Assembly: GCA_963422375.2 (NCBI GenBank)
Contig: OY729428.2
Coordinates: forward strand, 2,624,001-2,688,000
DNA: 64,000 nucleotides
Reading direction: 5' to 3'
Source of the DNA: Bryobacterales bacterium
Lineage (GTDB): Bacteria; Acidobacteriota; Terriglobia; Bryobacterales; UBA6623
The position numbers and the translations under genes were made by a program. Shown one piece after another: positions 1 to 9,639 of the stretch (the first letter of the stretch is position 1; each line of letters starts with the position of its first letter). The notes below the pieces were generated by a model. That model was not told the DNA's origin, did not search any database, and worked only from the letters and a program-made list of their open reading frames with translations.

Positions 1-345
1 GGTTGCACACCATTCCTGAACCCTGTCTATTCAAGATTTGGATTCAGGGGAATCCAGATCGATGTCGGCTGCCAATTCAGCCGGTAGAAAGCGTCCATCC
101 TTGAGATGATCCATCTCTCTGTCGCGCACGATTTGGCCCACTATATGTACGTTATCCGCCAGAAAATACAGTGCGATCATCTGCCTAAATCCCTCCACTT
201 CTCGGTCCATGACAACGGTCCATTCCGCGACACCAGAGATTGTTTTTCCAACTCCACTGCCGGCTATTTCTGCCTAGAATCCACGAAATTTGGCGCGTTT
301 TTCGTCTCCTATTCTGCCTTCAATAGCCTCCGATTTCGCGGCACA
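1..345 (-). pseudogene. Heavily decayed 3' part of an ISNCY-type transposase element, homologous to ~4120-4482
   Basis: Reverse complement aligns by eye with the ISNCY copy: ggaccgagaagtggagggatttaggcagatgatc...gtgggccaaatcgtgcgcgacagagag...cttgaatagacagggttcaggaatggtgtgcaac versus ggaccggggagcggagggattcgagcggatgatc...gtgggccggatcgtgcgcgacagagag...cttgaagagacaaggttcaggaaaagtgtacaac. Stops and indels present; inner boundary approximate. Confidence 0.8.
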
Positions 346-554
346 GATGATTCATTGAGATTCCTTGATCTGTTGTGTCAATGACCTACTTAGGGTATGC
401 TTCGTCCTAGCCATAATGTCCAATATGCGAGCAGTTAAGAGGTGGGATGGCGTTCTTTCTGGAATGGTGTATACTCGTAGATATGGCAGTCATTGCTGTA
501 ACCTAAGTGCTTCCCGCCTGGGAAAACCCGGAGTTCCGACTGGAAGAGGTGGTC

Positions 555-1248
555 GTGCGCCTGACGCAGCCCGACGAGCGGCTGGAGTGGAACAGCCAGG
601 CTAACTGGCGAATGGACAGGGAGTGAGAGTCTCCTAGTGCAGAGGATGAGCCGATTCATGCATTTCCACGAAGAATGCGCAGGTCGCCGCGAGGCGGTGG
701 GTGAAGCGTTGACAGTGGCGCGTGCGGGCAGAGCATCGAGAAGCGCAAACATAGTCCGGGGTGTCGAGACTATCGCTAGGATCGAAGGCAATACGGTGCC
801 TAGCGCTACAGGCGTGTGGCGCGGCGGCCCCGCGGTGTCGAAGACTTCAAGGCACGCACGTACGTCCAGCGCCGGGACCTAGGAGGCCTCTGTGCTTGCG
901 CGGCGAAGCCGTGGACACCGAAGTCGAGGCAGGAGCCGAGCGGAGCACGCACGGCGCGGGGGAGTCGGACTTGCGCATAGTACCGAGGAAGCTGACGAAC
1001 AAGGAGCGGGCAGCCGCGCGGCGGAGTGGGTGGAGGGAAGGCCCGTGCATGACGGGAGGAGTCCGAGGGAAGCGAGCTGCGGACGCGGGGCCGAGCGAAC
1101 CGGACACAGTGCCGGGGTAACACGAGCCGACATGGAGCGACACGGCGCCCGGAAGGGCTACCGTCACAACTGGAGTGAGGAGCCGGATGCGTTAGCACGC
1201 ACGTCCAGATCTTCGGGGGCGGGGGGGGAACCGGCATCCTACCGCAAC
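555..1248 (+). ncRNA. ORF-less group II intron (IIB-like, resembling bacterial class E/F)
   Basis: 5' GTGCG at 555; DII/DIII-like motifs gggagtcggacttgcgcatagtaccgaggaagctgacgaacaagg and gcggagtgggtggagggaagg; DIV opener ccggacacagtgccgggg; domain V gagccggatgcgttagcacgcacgtccagatct (~1180-1212, AGC triad); DVI ending cctaccgcaac at 1248. No RT ORF. Confidence 0.85.
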
Positions 1249-2402
1249 GGACCGGCGAATGGACCAAGGGCACTACCTGCGCACCCGCCCGTTCGCGGGG
1301 GCCGCGGGCTGCGCTAGTGTTCTCCGCCAGAAGTTCTTGACCAGTGGGCAGAGCCTGTGGTACCGTGCTCTCGCAGGAGGGGTGCGAGCGTGCCGAAGCA
1401 CCCCACAAGGGCGGTCCCGAAGGTCTCTGACGAGCAGCGCGGGGAGTTGCAGGGCTGGCTGCGCCGGAGCAAGACGGGGCAGTCGCTGGCGCTGAGGGCG
1501 CGTATCGTCCTCCCATGCGCCGACGGCAAGAGCGACATGGCCGTGGCGGCCGCTCTCGGCACCACGCGCGCCAGCGTCGGCAAGTGGCGGCGCCGGTTCC
1601 CGAGCGACGGCTGCGACGGATGGCTGGACGAGCCGCGGCCGGGAGCGCCGCGCAAGGTCAGCGACGGAGACGTCGAGCGCGTCGTGACGCGCACTTGGGA
1701 GTCGCTCCCGCGCGGGGCAACGCGATGGAGCCGCGATGGAGCCGCGAGTCGATGGCGACGGACTGCGGCCCGAGCCCCTCGACCGTGGGCCGCATCCGGC
1801 GCGCCTGCGGCCTCAAGCCAAGCCGCACCGCTGCGAAACGTTCAAGCTGTCGAAGGACCCGTTGTGCGTGGAGCAAGTGCGCGATATCACCGGCCTGTAC
1901 CATCACCGGCCTGTACCTGGACCCGCCGGAACGGGCTGTCGTGCTGTGCGTGGACGAGAAATCGCAAATCCAAGCCCTGGACCGCACCCGGCCCGTGCTG
2001 CCGATGCGCCCCGGCCTGCCGGAGCGCCGCACGCACGACTACAAGCGGAACGGCGCGACCTCGCTCTTCGCAGCCCTGAACACGGCCACCGGCGAGGTGA
2101 TCGGCAAGTGCTGCCGGCGGCACCGCTCGGTGGAGTTCAAGAAGTTCCTCGCACTCGTCGACAAGGCGGTGCCGCCGGACCTCGACATCCATCTCGTGCT
2201 CGACAACTACGGCACGCACAAGACGGCGATGATCCACAACTGGCTGGGGCGGCATCCGCGCTTCCACTTGCACTTCACGCCGACGAGCGCCTCGTGGATC
2301 AAGCAGGTCGAGCGCTGGTTCGCGGAACTCACGCGCCGTCAGATCCGGCGTGACACGCACCGCAGCACGCTGGCGCTGGAGAAGGCGATCAAGGAGTACC
2401 TA

Positions 2403-2657
2403 GTGCCTGTGACAAAACTCGTATCCCCTTGACAACAAAGGCGTTAGGTCCAATCTCTCAAGGCGAAGATTTCACTGGAATGCTACGACTAGTCCGAAAT
2501 CCTACCAATTCTGGGTAGAGCGCGGAAATCTTCGCGATTGGCGGCTGAGCAACTTCCGACCTTGGGCCCTATATGTTGTGTTTGGAGATCCATCCGACAT
2601 CAGGATATAGTATGAAATGCTGATCGGGCCAGAGTTCAAGGGTTTTGTCACAAGCAC
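2403..2657. mobile_element. 255-bp non-coding MITE with ISNCY-type terminal inverted repeats
   Basis: Ends gtgcctgtgacaaaac / gttttgtcacaagcac; 6-bp direct repeat TACCTA at 2397-2402 and 2658-2663; AT-richer interior with no long ORF. Confidence 0.9.
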
Positions 2658-2747
2658 TACCTAGCTGTCTACAACGAGGATCCGAGGCCCTTCGTCTGGA
2701 CGAAGACGGCCGACCAAATCCTCGAATCGCTCAAATCTTACTATATA

Positions 2748-4632
2748 GTGCTTGTGACAGAACGCGCAAGCCCTTAGTTTTCGGGCGGTTGCAGCAGGTC
2801 CGTGGGACGAAGATCGGGGCGATCCGGGCCGGCTTGCGCGTTTCCGGGGGTTGTGCGACAATCTTCGTTGAGGAACCGCCCGTGAGGACCGTTCAGGAGA
2901 TCCAGCTCACCCTTGGCCGGACTGCAATCGAGGATATCGATCCCGACGTCCGTTCCCGCGACGATATCCCGGCCATTTTGCCAGGAATACAATTTATCTA
3001 TCGCACCGAGTTATCGATCGCACCGAGGAGTTGCGGGACAGGGTTTTCGCACTGCTCGAGATCCGTATCCTCGGCCTCGGTGAGAGTAGCGGGAACGGCG
3101 AGAACGGAAGCGATCCTTCCGCAGGCGAGTCCGGCAGGATCAACCCTGCCGTCGGTCGTCCCGGCATGCAGCTGTGGAACATTCTCGTCCCGGGCCTGCT
3201 CAAGCAGGGATTGAATTGCGACTGCGACCGCGTGACGGAGCTGGCGAACAAGCACGCGGACGTCCGGCGCTTCCTCGGTCTGAACGCGACGCTCGACGAG
3301 CGGGTGTTCAGCTACCGGACAGTCAACCGGAATCCGAAGCTTCTCACGCCCGACCTCCTCGCGGAAATCAATCAGCTGGTCGCGCAGGAGGGGCACGCGC
3401 TGGCGGGGTGCGAGGAAGGCGATCCGCTGAAGGCGCGGTGCGACTCTTTCGCGGTGGAAACGAACGTGCATTGCCCGACGGACGTGAGTCTGCTGCGGGA
3501 CGCGTTGCGCTGCCTGATTCGCTCTATTGCGCCGCTGTGCAAGGGGCGCGGCATCGCCGGCTGGCGGCAGAGCGCGCGGCTGCCGAAGACGCTGAAGCAG
3601 GAATTCAACCGGGTGCGGCAGGCGAAGAGGAGGAAAGGCAACCCGGAGAGGGTGCGGTCGTACCTGGAGGCGGCCCTGGAGATAGCGCGGCGGGCGGAGG
3701 GTGCGCTGGCGGCCCTGGCGCGGGCCGGGGAAGACGAGGGAACCTTGGGAGCGGCAAGGAGTGACCTCGGGTGCGTGCAGCTCCTGGCGGACCCGGTGGA
3801 GCGGCGCGTGCTGCGGGGGGAGAAGATCCCGCACGAGGAGAAAGTGTTCTCGATCTTCGAGGAACACACGCGCTGGTGCGTGCAAGGAAAAGCGGGGGTG
3901 CCGGTGGAGCCGGGCGTTCCGGTATGCATCGTGGAAAGCGAGCACCGCTTCGTGATGAATCACGAAGTGACGTGGAAGGGGAGCGACGCGGACGTAGCGG
4001 TGGGAATCGTCGAGGGGGCGCAGGGGCTGTACGCGGGGTTGTCGAGCTGCAGCTTCGACAAGGGCTTTCACAGCCCGGCGAACCGGACGCGCTTGGCGGA
4101 TACTGCTGTCGTGCCACGCGATGCCGCGGAAGGGGAGGCGGTCGAAGGCGGCGAAGGAGACGGAAGGCGCGCCCGAATTCGCGGCAGCGAGGCAGGCGCA
4201 CCCGGCCGTGGAGTCCGCGATCAACAATCTCGAGTGCCGCGGTCCGGACAGGGTGACGGACCGGGGAGCGGAGGGATTCGAGCGGATGATCGGGCTGGCG
4301 GTCCTGGCGGCGAACGTGCATCGAGTGGGCCGGATCGTGCGCGACAGAGAGATCGTGCGCGACAGAGAGAGGGAGCGTCTCAAGACGGGACCCTTGCCGC
4401 TGGCTGCATAGGCAGTCGGCAGCGATCTGAATTGCCCTGAATTGAAACCTTGAAGAGACAAGGTTCAGGAAAAGTGTACAACTAGAACAGAACTAACTGT
4501 ATCCTCACAATGAAAATGGAATATGAGGCAATGAATTCGGGTAATTGGCGCAGCCCGTTTCTTCCATAGCTATCATTTGGTCGGGATCTATCAGCTAGAA
4601 TCCCCAAAATATCAGGGTTTTGTCACAAGCAC
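2748..4632 (+). mobile_element. ISNCY-type insertion sequence (1885 bp) nested in IS630
   Basis: Ends gtgcttgtgacagaac / gttttgtcacaagcac; TATATA target duplication at 2742-2747 and 4633-4638. Confidence 0.9.
2882..4411 (+). pseudogene. ISNCY-type DDE transposase, frameshifted near 3010 and ~4110
   Basis: MRTVQEIQLTLG...RSRDDIPAIL; ARCDSFAVETNVHCPTDVSLL; GEKIPHEEKVFSIFEEHTRW; CSFDKGFHS; HPAVESAINNLE. Coding is split over three frames. Confidence 0.85.
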
Positions 4633-4662
4633 TATATAGAACTTTCTGGCGGAGGACACTAG

Positions 4663-6569
4663 CCCGCATTATTCACGAATGCGGTGCAGGCTCATGGATC
4701 CAGTTGCTGGGCCCTCGATGGCCGCCGAATCTGCTTCCGAAACGCCTGCGGGCGGGGAATGCGGGGCTTGCGGGGCGTCTCGCGAGCGGCGTGCGGGCCG
4801 CGGACACCTCCTCGGCGGCACCCGCCCGGAGGGCAGGCACGGTTTCCCCCGGCGGCGCCCGGCGCCTGCCGACACTCTCCGGATTGACCCGGCCCGGCGT
4901 CATATCGGCACGGCCCCCAAGCCCCGCGCCACCACCACCCGGGCGTCCCGGAACGGTGCCGTCCGCGGCACTCGCAGCACGATCCGCTTCGCCGTGGCCG
5001 CGACCCGCGCTCCCGGCTTCGGCAGGCCGAGGCGCAACCCGTCCGCCCGGCGCTTCCGCAGCGGCGTGTCCCGCGCCTGCCAGCGCAGTTCCTGCATGAT
5101 CACGCAGGCCGCCGCCGCGAGCGGCACGCGGAACCGGTTCGCCGCGAAGCTCGAGCAGCTGGCGCGGTCCATCCGCATCCCGTGCTCGAGCTCCTTGACG
5201 CGGTTCTCCACGTCTCCGCGCAGGCAGTGGATCCGCTCGCAGAGGCGCTGCGGGCTGCCGCCCGCGTTGGTCACCGCGTAGCGCGGGTGCCACTGCGGGG
5301 CGCGCCCGGGAAACTCGCTCGCGTCCGCCTTGACGATCGCCCGCCGCGACCGCGACCGGCGGCCCGCCCGGTAGGCGAACTGCCCGTGCAGCGGGCCCGG
5401 GCCGCTGCCCGCGTCCTCCGCGCCCGGCCGGCCCCCCTGCGTGCCGGCTCCCAGCCGCGCGTACTTCGCCCGCAACTGCTCCAGCCGGGACGGCGGGTCC
5501 CCCGCGGCCGCCGCTGCCCCGCCGCGGTCCGTGCCCGGGGTGCCGCCGGGCGCGCGCCGCGCCTCGACGGCCGCCCGCAACGGGGCCGCGCGCCGCTCCG
5601 GCACCGCGTTCTTCTGCAGGCACGCCACGTACTCCAGGCCCTCGCGCTCGCCATAGGCCGGCAGCTCGTCCCCTTGGAAGCCCGCGTCCAGGCGCAGGCG
5701 CAGCGTCGCCCGCGCGAAGAATTCCCGCAGCAGCGGCAGCAAGCCCTCCGCGGCCGCGGCCGTGCCCGAGCGCAGCAGCGCCGCCACGAGATGCCGCTCG
5801 CGCTCGTCGTCGAAGCGCACCACGCCCGCCAGCGGCAAGTAGCAAGGCAAGTAGCAATGCGTGTCGTAGAAGCCGTTGCACAGCGCCAGCTGCCGGCCCC
5901 CGTGCGGGGGCTCGCAGGTCGGGTCGAAGTCCAGCTCGACGATGCTCGTCTCGGGGCGCCGCTCGTGCCGGCGCCGCACGACGCAGCGGGCCGGTACCGC
6001 GGACAGCGCGCTCGGCGCGTCCGCGGTGACGGCGTTCTCGAAGCGCGACAGGGTGGGCCGGGACGGCAGGTCGCGACCCTGCCAGGGGTCGCGCCCGAGC
6101 GGCAGCTTGAACACGGGGTCGCCGCCGAGGCGCCCGGCGTCGTTGCAGTCCTCCTAGCCGCGGGCGAGGCCGTAGACGCGCTGGCGGAGCATGTCCGCGA
6201 GGGAGTGGAGCACCTCGGAGGGCTGGCGCCGGTCGCGCAGGCAGCCGGCGAACGCCGCGGTGAGGCCGGGAGCGCGGTCGGCGGCCTCGACCGGGACAGC
6301 GCCGCCGTCGGAGCTGCTGCGCTCGTGATCGAAGCGGACGGCGACGGGGCGACGGCGCGGATTGCGGAACGGAACGCCTTGGGAGCCTGCGGCTGCGACC
6401 ATGTATTCATTATAACCTACCGGATGAAAACCACTTCAGCGTATAAACTTGGATCTCAATCGGACCGGGCCGGGGCTGCCGCCGGGGATCGCAGGGCACT
6501 CCTAGGAGTTCACGGCCCGGGCGGAGGGACCGGACTATGGCCCTCCGGGCTACTCATGAATTATCCGGG
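4663..6569 (-). mobile_element. IS1380-family element
   Basis: Ends cccgcattattcacga / tcatgaattatccggg; CTAG duplicated at 4659-4662 and 6570-6573. Confidence 0.88.
4900..6402 (-). pseudogene. IS1380 transposase with in-frame TAG at 6154-6156
   Basis: VRFDHERSSSDGG, MLRQRVYGLARG*EDCNDA (family pattern GYED.ND), SRPTLSRFEN, LDFDPT, RLRLDAGF, RGDVENRVKEL, SFAANRFR. Confidence 0.88.
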
Positions 6570-6908
6570 CTAGGAGCCTCCCTGAACGCCGCGCAGGCGA
6601 TCCAGCTTCCGGGGATCGAAACACTTCCTCGCGGGGCGGCACCGGGCATTGATCGCCGACACGGCCGACGGGCAGGCGCCCGGGCCGACGCAGGCTTGCG
6701 CGCCGCTGCCAGCGGGAGTCGCCGACGCACCCCGGATCCTCATCCCTCCCTCGGGCGGGAAGAGCGGCACGGTGCATCCGCTCCCGGAGACTGGCCGTGA
6801 CGCGACTTCGCTGGAGGGTTACGCCCCCCGTGCCGCGGCAGTCGTCCGGGCCGGCCGAATGCCCGGTAACACAGGCCGCACGGCCTGCACCTATTACATG
6901 CAGGAGCC

Positions 6909-7913
6909 ATGACGTACGCACGCACGATGGACCGCCGACAGTTCCTCCGCACCGCCGGGGTTGCGAGCACGGCCTTGGCGGCCGCTCCGCCGGCTCGCGG
7001 ATCCCTAGCCCAGCCCGAGACCTTGGCTGCGCATCTCTACGGCAGTCTCACGGCGGAGCAGCGCGAGGTCGTCTGCCTGCCGTTTGACAGCCCTCTGCGG
7101 TCGCGAGTGGAGAACAACTGGCACATCACCGACGCCAGGGTGGGCCGGTTCTTCGACCGCGACCAGCAGGCGATGATCGAGCAGATATACGAGGACCTCC
7201 ACGCCCCGGAATTCCGAGACTCGCTCAGGAGGAAGGTCGCCGACGATTTCCAGAGCGTCAAGAATCTCTCGGTGGCGCTGTTCGGCGAGCCGGGTTCGGG
7301 CAAGTTCGAGTTCGTTATCACTGGACGCCACTGCACGGCCCGGTGCGACGGCGATTCCGTCGAGGGCGCCGCGTTCGGGGGCCCGATCTTCTACGGACAC
7401 CAAGGCGAGTCGTTCAACGAGAGCCCGACGCATCCGAACAACGTGTACTGGTTCCAGGCCGAGCGGGCCAACGAGGTCTTCCGGGCCCTCGACGGCAAGC
7501 AGCGCGCTCTGGCACTGCAAGCCAGGGCACCGCGCGAGCGGAGCGCTCACACTGTCGAACCGTCGCCGGAACCGGCCGGTCTGCCGGTCGCGGAGATGTC
7601 ATCGGATCAACGCGACCTCGTGGGCCGCACGGTGGCGGACCTGCTGTCCCCCTTCCGCAAGCGCGACCGAGACGAAGCGTTGCGGCTGATCGAATCCGCC
7701 GGGGGAGTCGAGAACCTGACGATGGCGTTCTATCGGAATCGAGACCTCGGCCACGACGGCGTTTGGGATATCTGGAGGCTGGAGAGCCCGACGATGGTCT
7801 GGTACTTCCGCGGCGCGCCGCACGTGCATGTCTGGGTCAACGTCCAAGAGAACCCCGGCTGGAAGGCCCCGGAGGGATCCGTCCCGGGATGGTTCGAGCA
7901 GCTGCTCGGCTAG
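6909..7913 (+). CDS. Tat-exported DUF3500-like protein
   Basis: MDRRQFLRTAG twin-arginine signal; LYGSLTAEQR, GRHCTAR, FGGPIFYG, VWYFRGAPHVH. AGGAG upstream; start 6909 or 6927. Confidence 0.7.
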   Translation: MTYARTMDRRQFLRTAGVASTALAAAPPARGSLAQPETLAAHLYGSLTAEQREVVCLPFDSPLRSRVENNWHITDARVGRFFDRDQQAMIEQIYEDLHAPEFRDSLRRKVADDFQSVKNLSVALFGEPGSGKFEFVITGRHCTARCDGDSVEGAAFGGPIFYGHQGESFNESPTHPNNVYWFQAERANEVFRALDGKQRALALQARAPRERSAHTVEPSPEPAGLPVAEMSSDQRDLVGRTVADLLSPFRKRDRDEALRLIESAGGVENLTMAFYRNRDLGHDGVWDIWRLESPTMVWYFRGAPHVHVWVNVQENPGWKAPEGSVPGWFEQLLG

Positions 7914-8185
7914 GCGAAGATCCGGCTGGATCGCATCCGATCCCCGGTCGGCCGCCGGCCTGCTGCGGCACCGCCAATCCGCACGCGCTGAATCCGCCGC
8001 CCGGCTGCTAGGAAGCCAGCCCGGTTCAGCGAGCGAGTTCGCTACAATGGCCTTGCAGCCCGATTTTGCAGGGCCCCGCGGATGCGACGGGCTCGCGGCG
8101 ACCGCTCGGGCACGGCTGCCCTTCCCGCGAGGGCGAATTCGCCGGAACGCGCGATAGTCCGCGCTCCCGCCAAGGAACTGATTCG

Positions 8186-9598
8186 ATGACAGCAGACAAC
8201 TTCGGTGTTGCCGGACTCGGCGTCATGGGCCGCAACGTAGCCCTGAACATCGAACGCAACGGCTTCCCCGTCGTGGCCTACAACCGGGGCGCCGAGAACG
8301 CGCAGCGGATGCGCGAGGAATCGGCCGGCAGGCACGTCACCGTAACCCGGTCGATCAAGGAGTTCGCCTCCCTGCTCGAGCGGCCGCGGAGGGTGCTGCT
8401 GATGGTCACGGCGGGGGCCGGCACGGACCGAGTCATCGACGCGCTGCTCGAGTACCTCGAACCAAGCGACGTGCTCGTCGACGGCGGGAACTCGCACTTC
8501 CCCGACACCGACCGTCGCGCGGAGCGGCTGCACCGAGCCGGCCTGCATTTCGTCGGGTGCGGGATCTCGGGCGGCGAGGAAGGCGCCTTGTGGGGCCCCT
8601 CGATCATGCCGGGCGGCAATCTCGAGGCGTACGAGCGCATCGCGCCGGTACTCGAGAGGATCGCCGCCAAGACCGACAGCGACGGCCCCTGCGTGACCTA
8701 CTGCGGGCGAGGCGCCGCCGGGCACTACGTGAAGATGGTCCACAACGGGATCGAATACGGGATCATGCAGCTGATCTGCGAGGTCTACGACATCCTGCGC
8801 CGCGCCGCGGGCCTTTCGACATCGCGGATCCAAGAAGTCTTCCAAGCTTGGACAGCGTCCCCGCACGTGGGCGGATTCCTCGTCGACATCACCGCGCAAT
8901 GCCTCGGCAAGGCAGACAACGACACCGGCGCTCCGCTGGTGGAAATGATTCTCGACACCGCCGGCCAGAAAGGCACCGGCAAGTGGACGGCGCAAAGTGC
9001 CCTCGACCTAGGGATACCCATCCCGACCCTCGCGCAGGCGGTGAACGCTAGGATCCTGTCGGGGTTGAAGCAGGCCCGAGTGGAAGCCTCGAAGATCCTC
9101 GGCGGGCCGAGCCGCCACTATGACGGGGACATCGACGAGCTGGTCGGGACACTCCATGACGCGCTCCACCTGGCTATGATCGCCTCGTACGCCCAGGGGC
9201 TGCATCTCATTCAGGCGGCATCCCGGGAATATGACTTCGGCACGGATCTAGCCGAAGTAGCGCGCATCTGGAAGCAGGGCTGCATCATCCGCTCAAAGCT
9301 GCTCAATCCGATCAAGCGCGCCTACACCGAGCGCCCGGATATGGACAACATGCTCCTGCACCCCGCCTTCGGGTCGGTTGTCAACGAGTCCCTGCCGGCC
9401 CTGCGGCTTGCGGTTCAAGCGGCGAACGCCGGCGGTGTCGCCACCACCTGCTTCGGAGCCACCCTGGCTTACCTGGACAGCTATCGCTCGGAATTCCTTC
9501 CGGCCAACCTGCTGCAGGCGCTGCGCGACAACTTCGGCGCGCACACTTATCGGCGCCTCGACAAGGAGGGCGTGTTCCACACGCAGTGGAACAGCTGA
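8186..9598 (+). CDS. gnd: 6-phosphogluconate dehydrogenase, NADP-dependent, decarboxylating
   Basis: GVAGLGVMGRN, VDGGNSHF, GISGGEEGA, GHYVKMVHNGIEYG, GQKGTGKW, IWKQGCIIRS, QALRDNFGAHTY. Confidence 0.97.
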   Translation: MTADNFGVAGLGVMGRNVALNIERNGFPVVAYNRGAENAQRMREESAGRHVTVTRSIKEFASLLERPRRVLLMVTAGAGTDRVIDALLEYLEPSDVLVDGGNSHFPDTDRRAERLHRAGLHFVGCGISGGEEGALWGPSIMPGGNLEAYERIAPVLERIAAKTDSDGPCVTYCGRGAAGHYVKMVHNGIEYGIMQLICEVYDILRRAAGLSTSRIQEVFQAWTASPHVGGFLVDITAQCLGKADNDTGAPLVEMILDTAGQKGTGKWTAQSALDLGIPIPTLAQAVNARILSGLKQARVEASKILGGPSRHYDGDIDELVGTLHDALHLAMIASYAQGLHLIQAASREYDFGTDLAEVARIWKQGCIIRSKLLNPIKRAYTERPDMDNMLLHPAFGSVVNESLPALRLAVQAANAGGVATTCFGATLAYLDSYRSEFLPANLLQALRDNFGAHTYRRLDKEGVFHTQWNS

Positions 9599-9639
9599 GC
9601 CTGGCACAGGCCCGGGCAGCGGGATCCGCCTCGCGCGAC

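Larger units (their letters stand above)
1315..4661 (+). mobile_element. IS630-family element interrupted by two nested insertions
   Basis: Inverted ends tagtgttctccgccagaagtt / aactttctggcggaggacacta in CTAG context. Removing both inserts restores ...AIKEYL|AVYNEDPRPFVWTKTADQILESLKSYYI|ELSGGGH*. Confidence 0.92.
1390..4662 (+). pseudogene. IS630 transposase, frameshifted and split (1390-2402, 2664-2747, 4639-4662)
   Basis: HTH region LRARIVL...VGKWRRRF...DEPRPGAPRK; DDE motifs VLCVDEKSQIQAL, HLVLDNYGTHK, HFTPTSASWIKQVERWF. Frameshifts come from short duplications at 1721-1742, 1814-1823 and 1886-1917. Confidence 0.9.

Noticed and set aside
106..1317. Short ORFs called over the first 1.3 kb
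   Set aside because: They overlay the IS relic and the intron RNA and show no protein motifs; there is no YADD or other RT signature.
6154..6156. TAG in IS1380 and TGA in Fic as possible recoding (pyrrolysine, selenocysteine or alternative code)
   Set aside because: The TAG replaces a conserved Tyr (TAC to TAG), both genes are in decaying accessory DNA, and housekeeping genes here use TAG and TGA as normal stops.
4673..6573. Long alternative-frame ORFs (402, 463, 379 aa) over IS1380, and similar shadow ORFs across the window
   Set aside because: Arg/Ala/Gly/Pro-rich shadows expected from high GC; they overlap genes with clear motifs.
505..6900. Host gene reconstructed after removing intron, IS630 and IS1380 (WENPEFRLEEVV|GPANG...)
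   Set aside because: The joined frame stops at the CTAG and no family is recognisable; at most a decayed gene.
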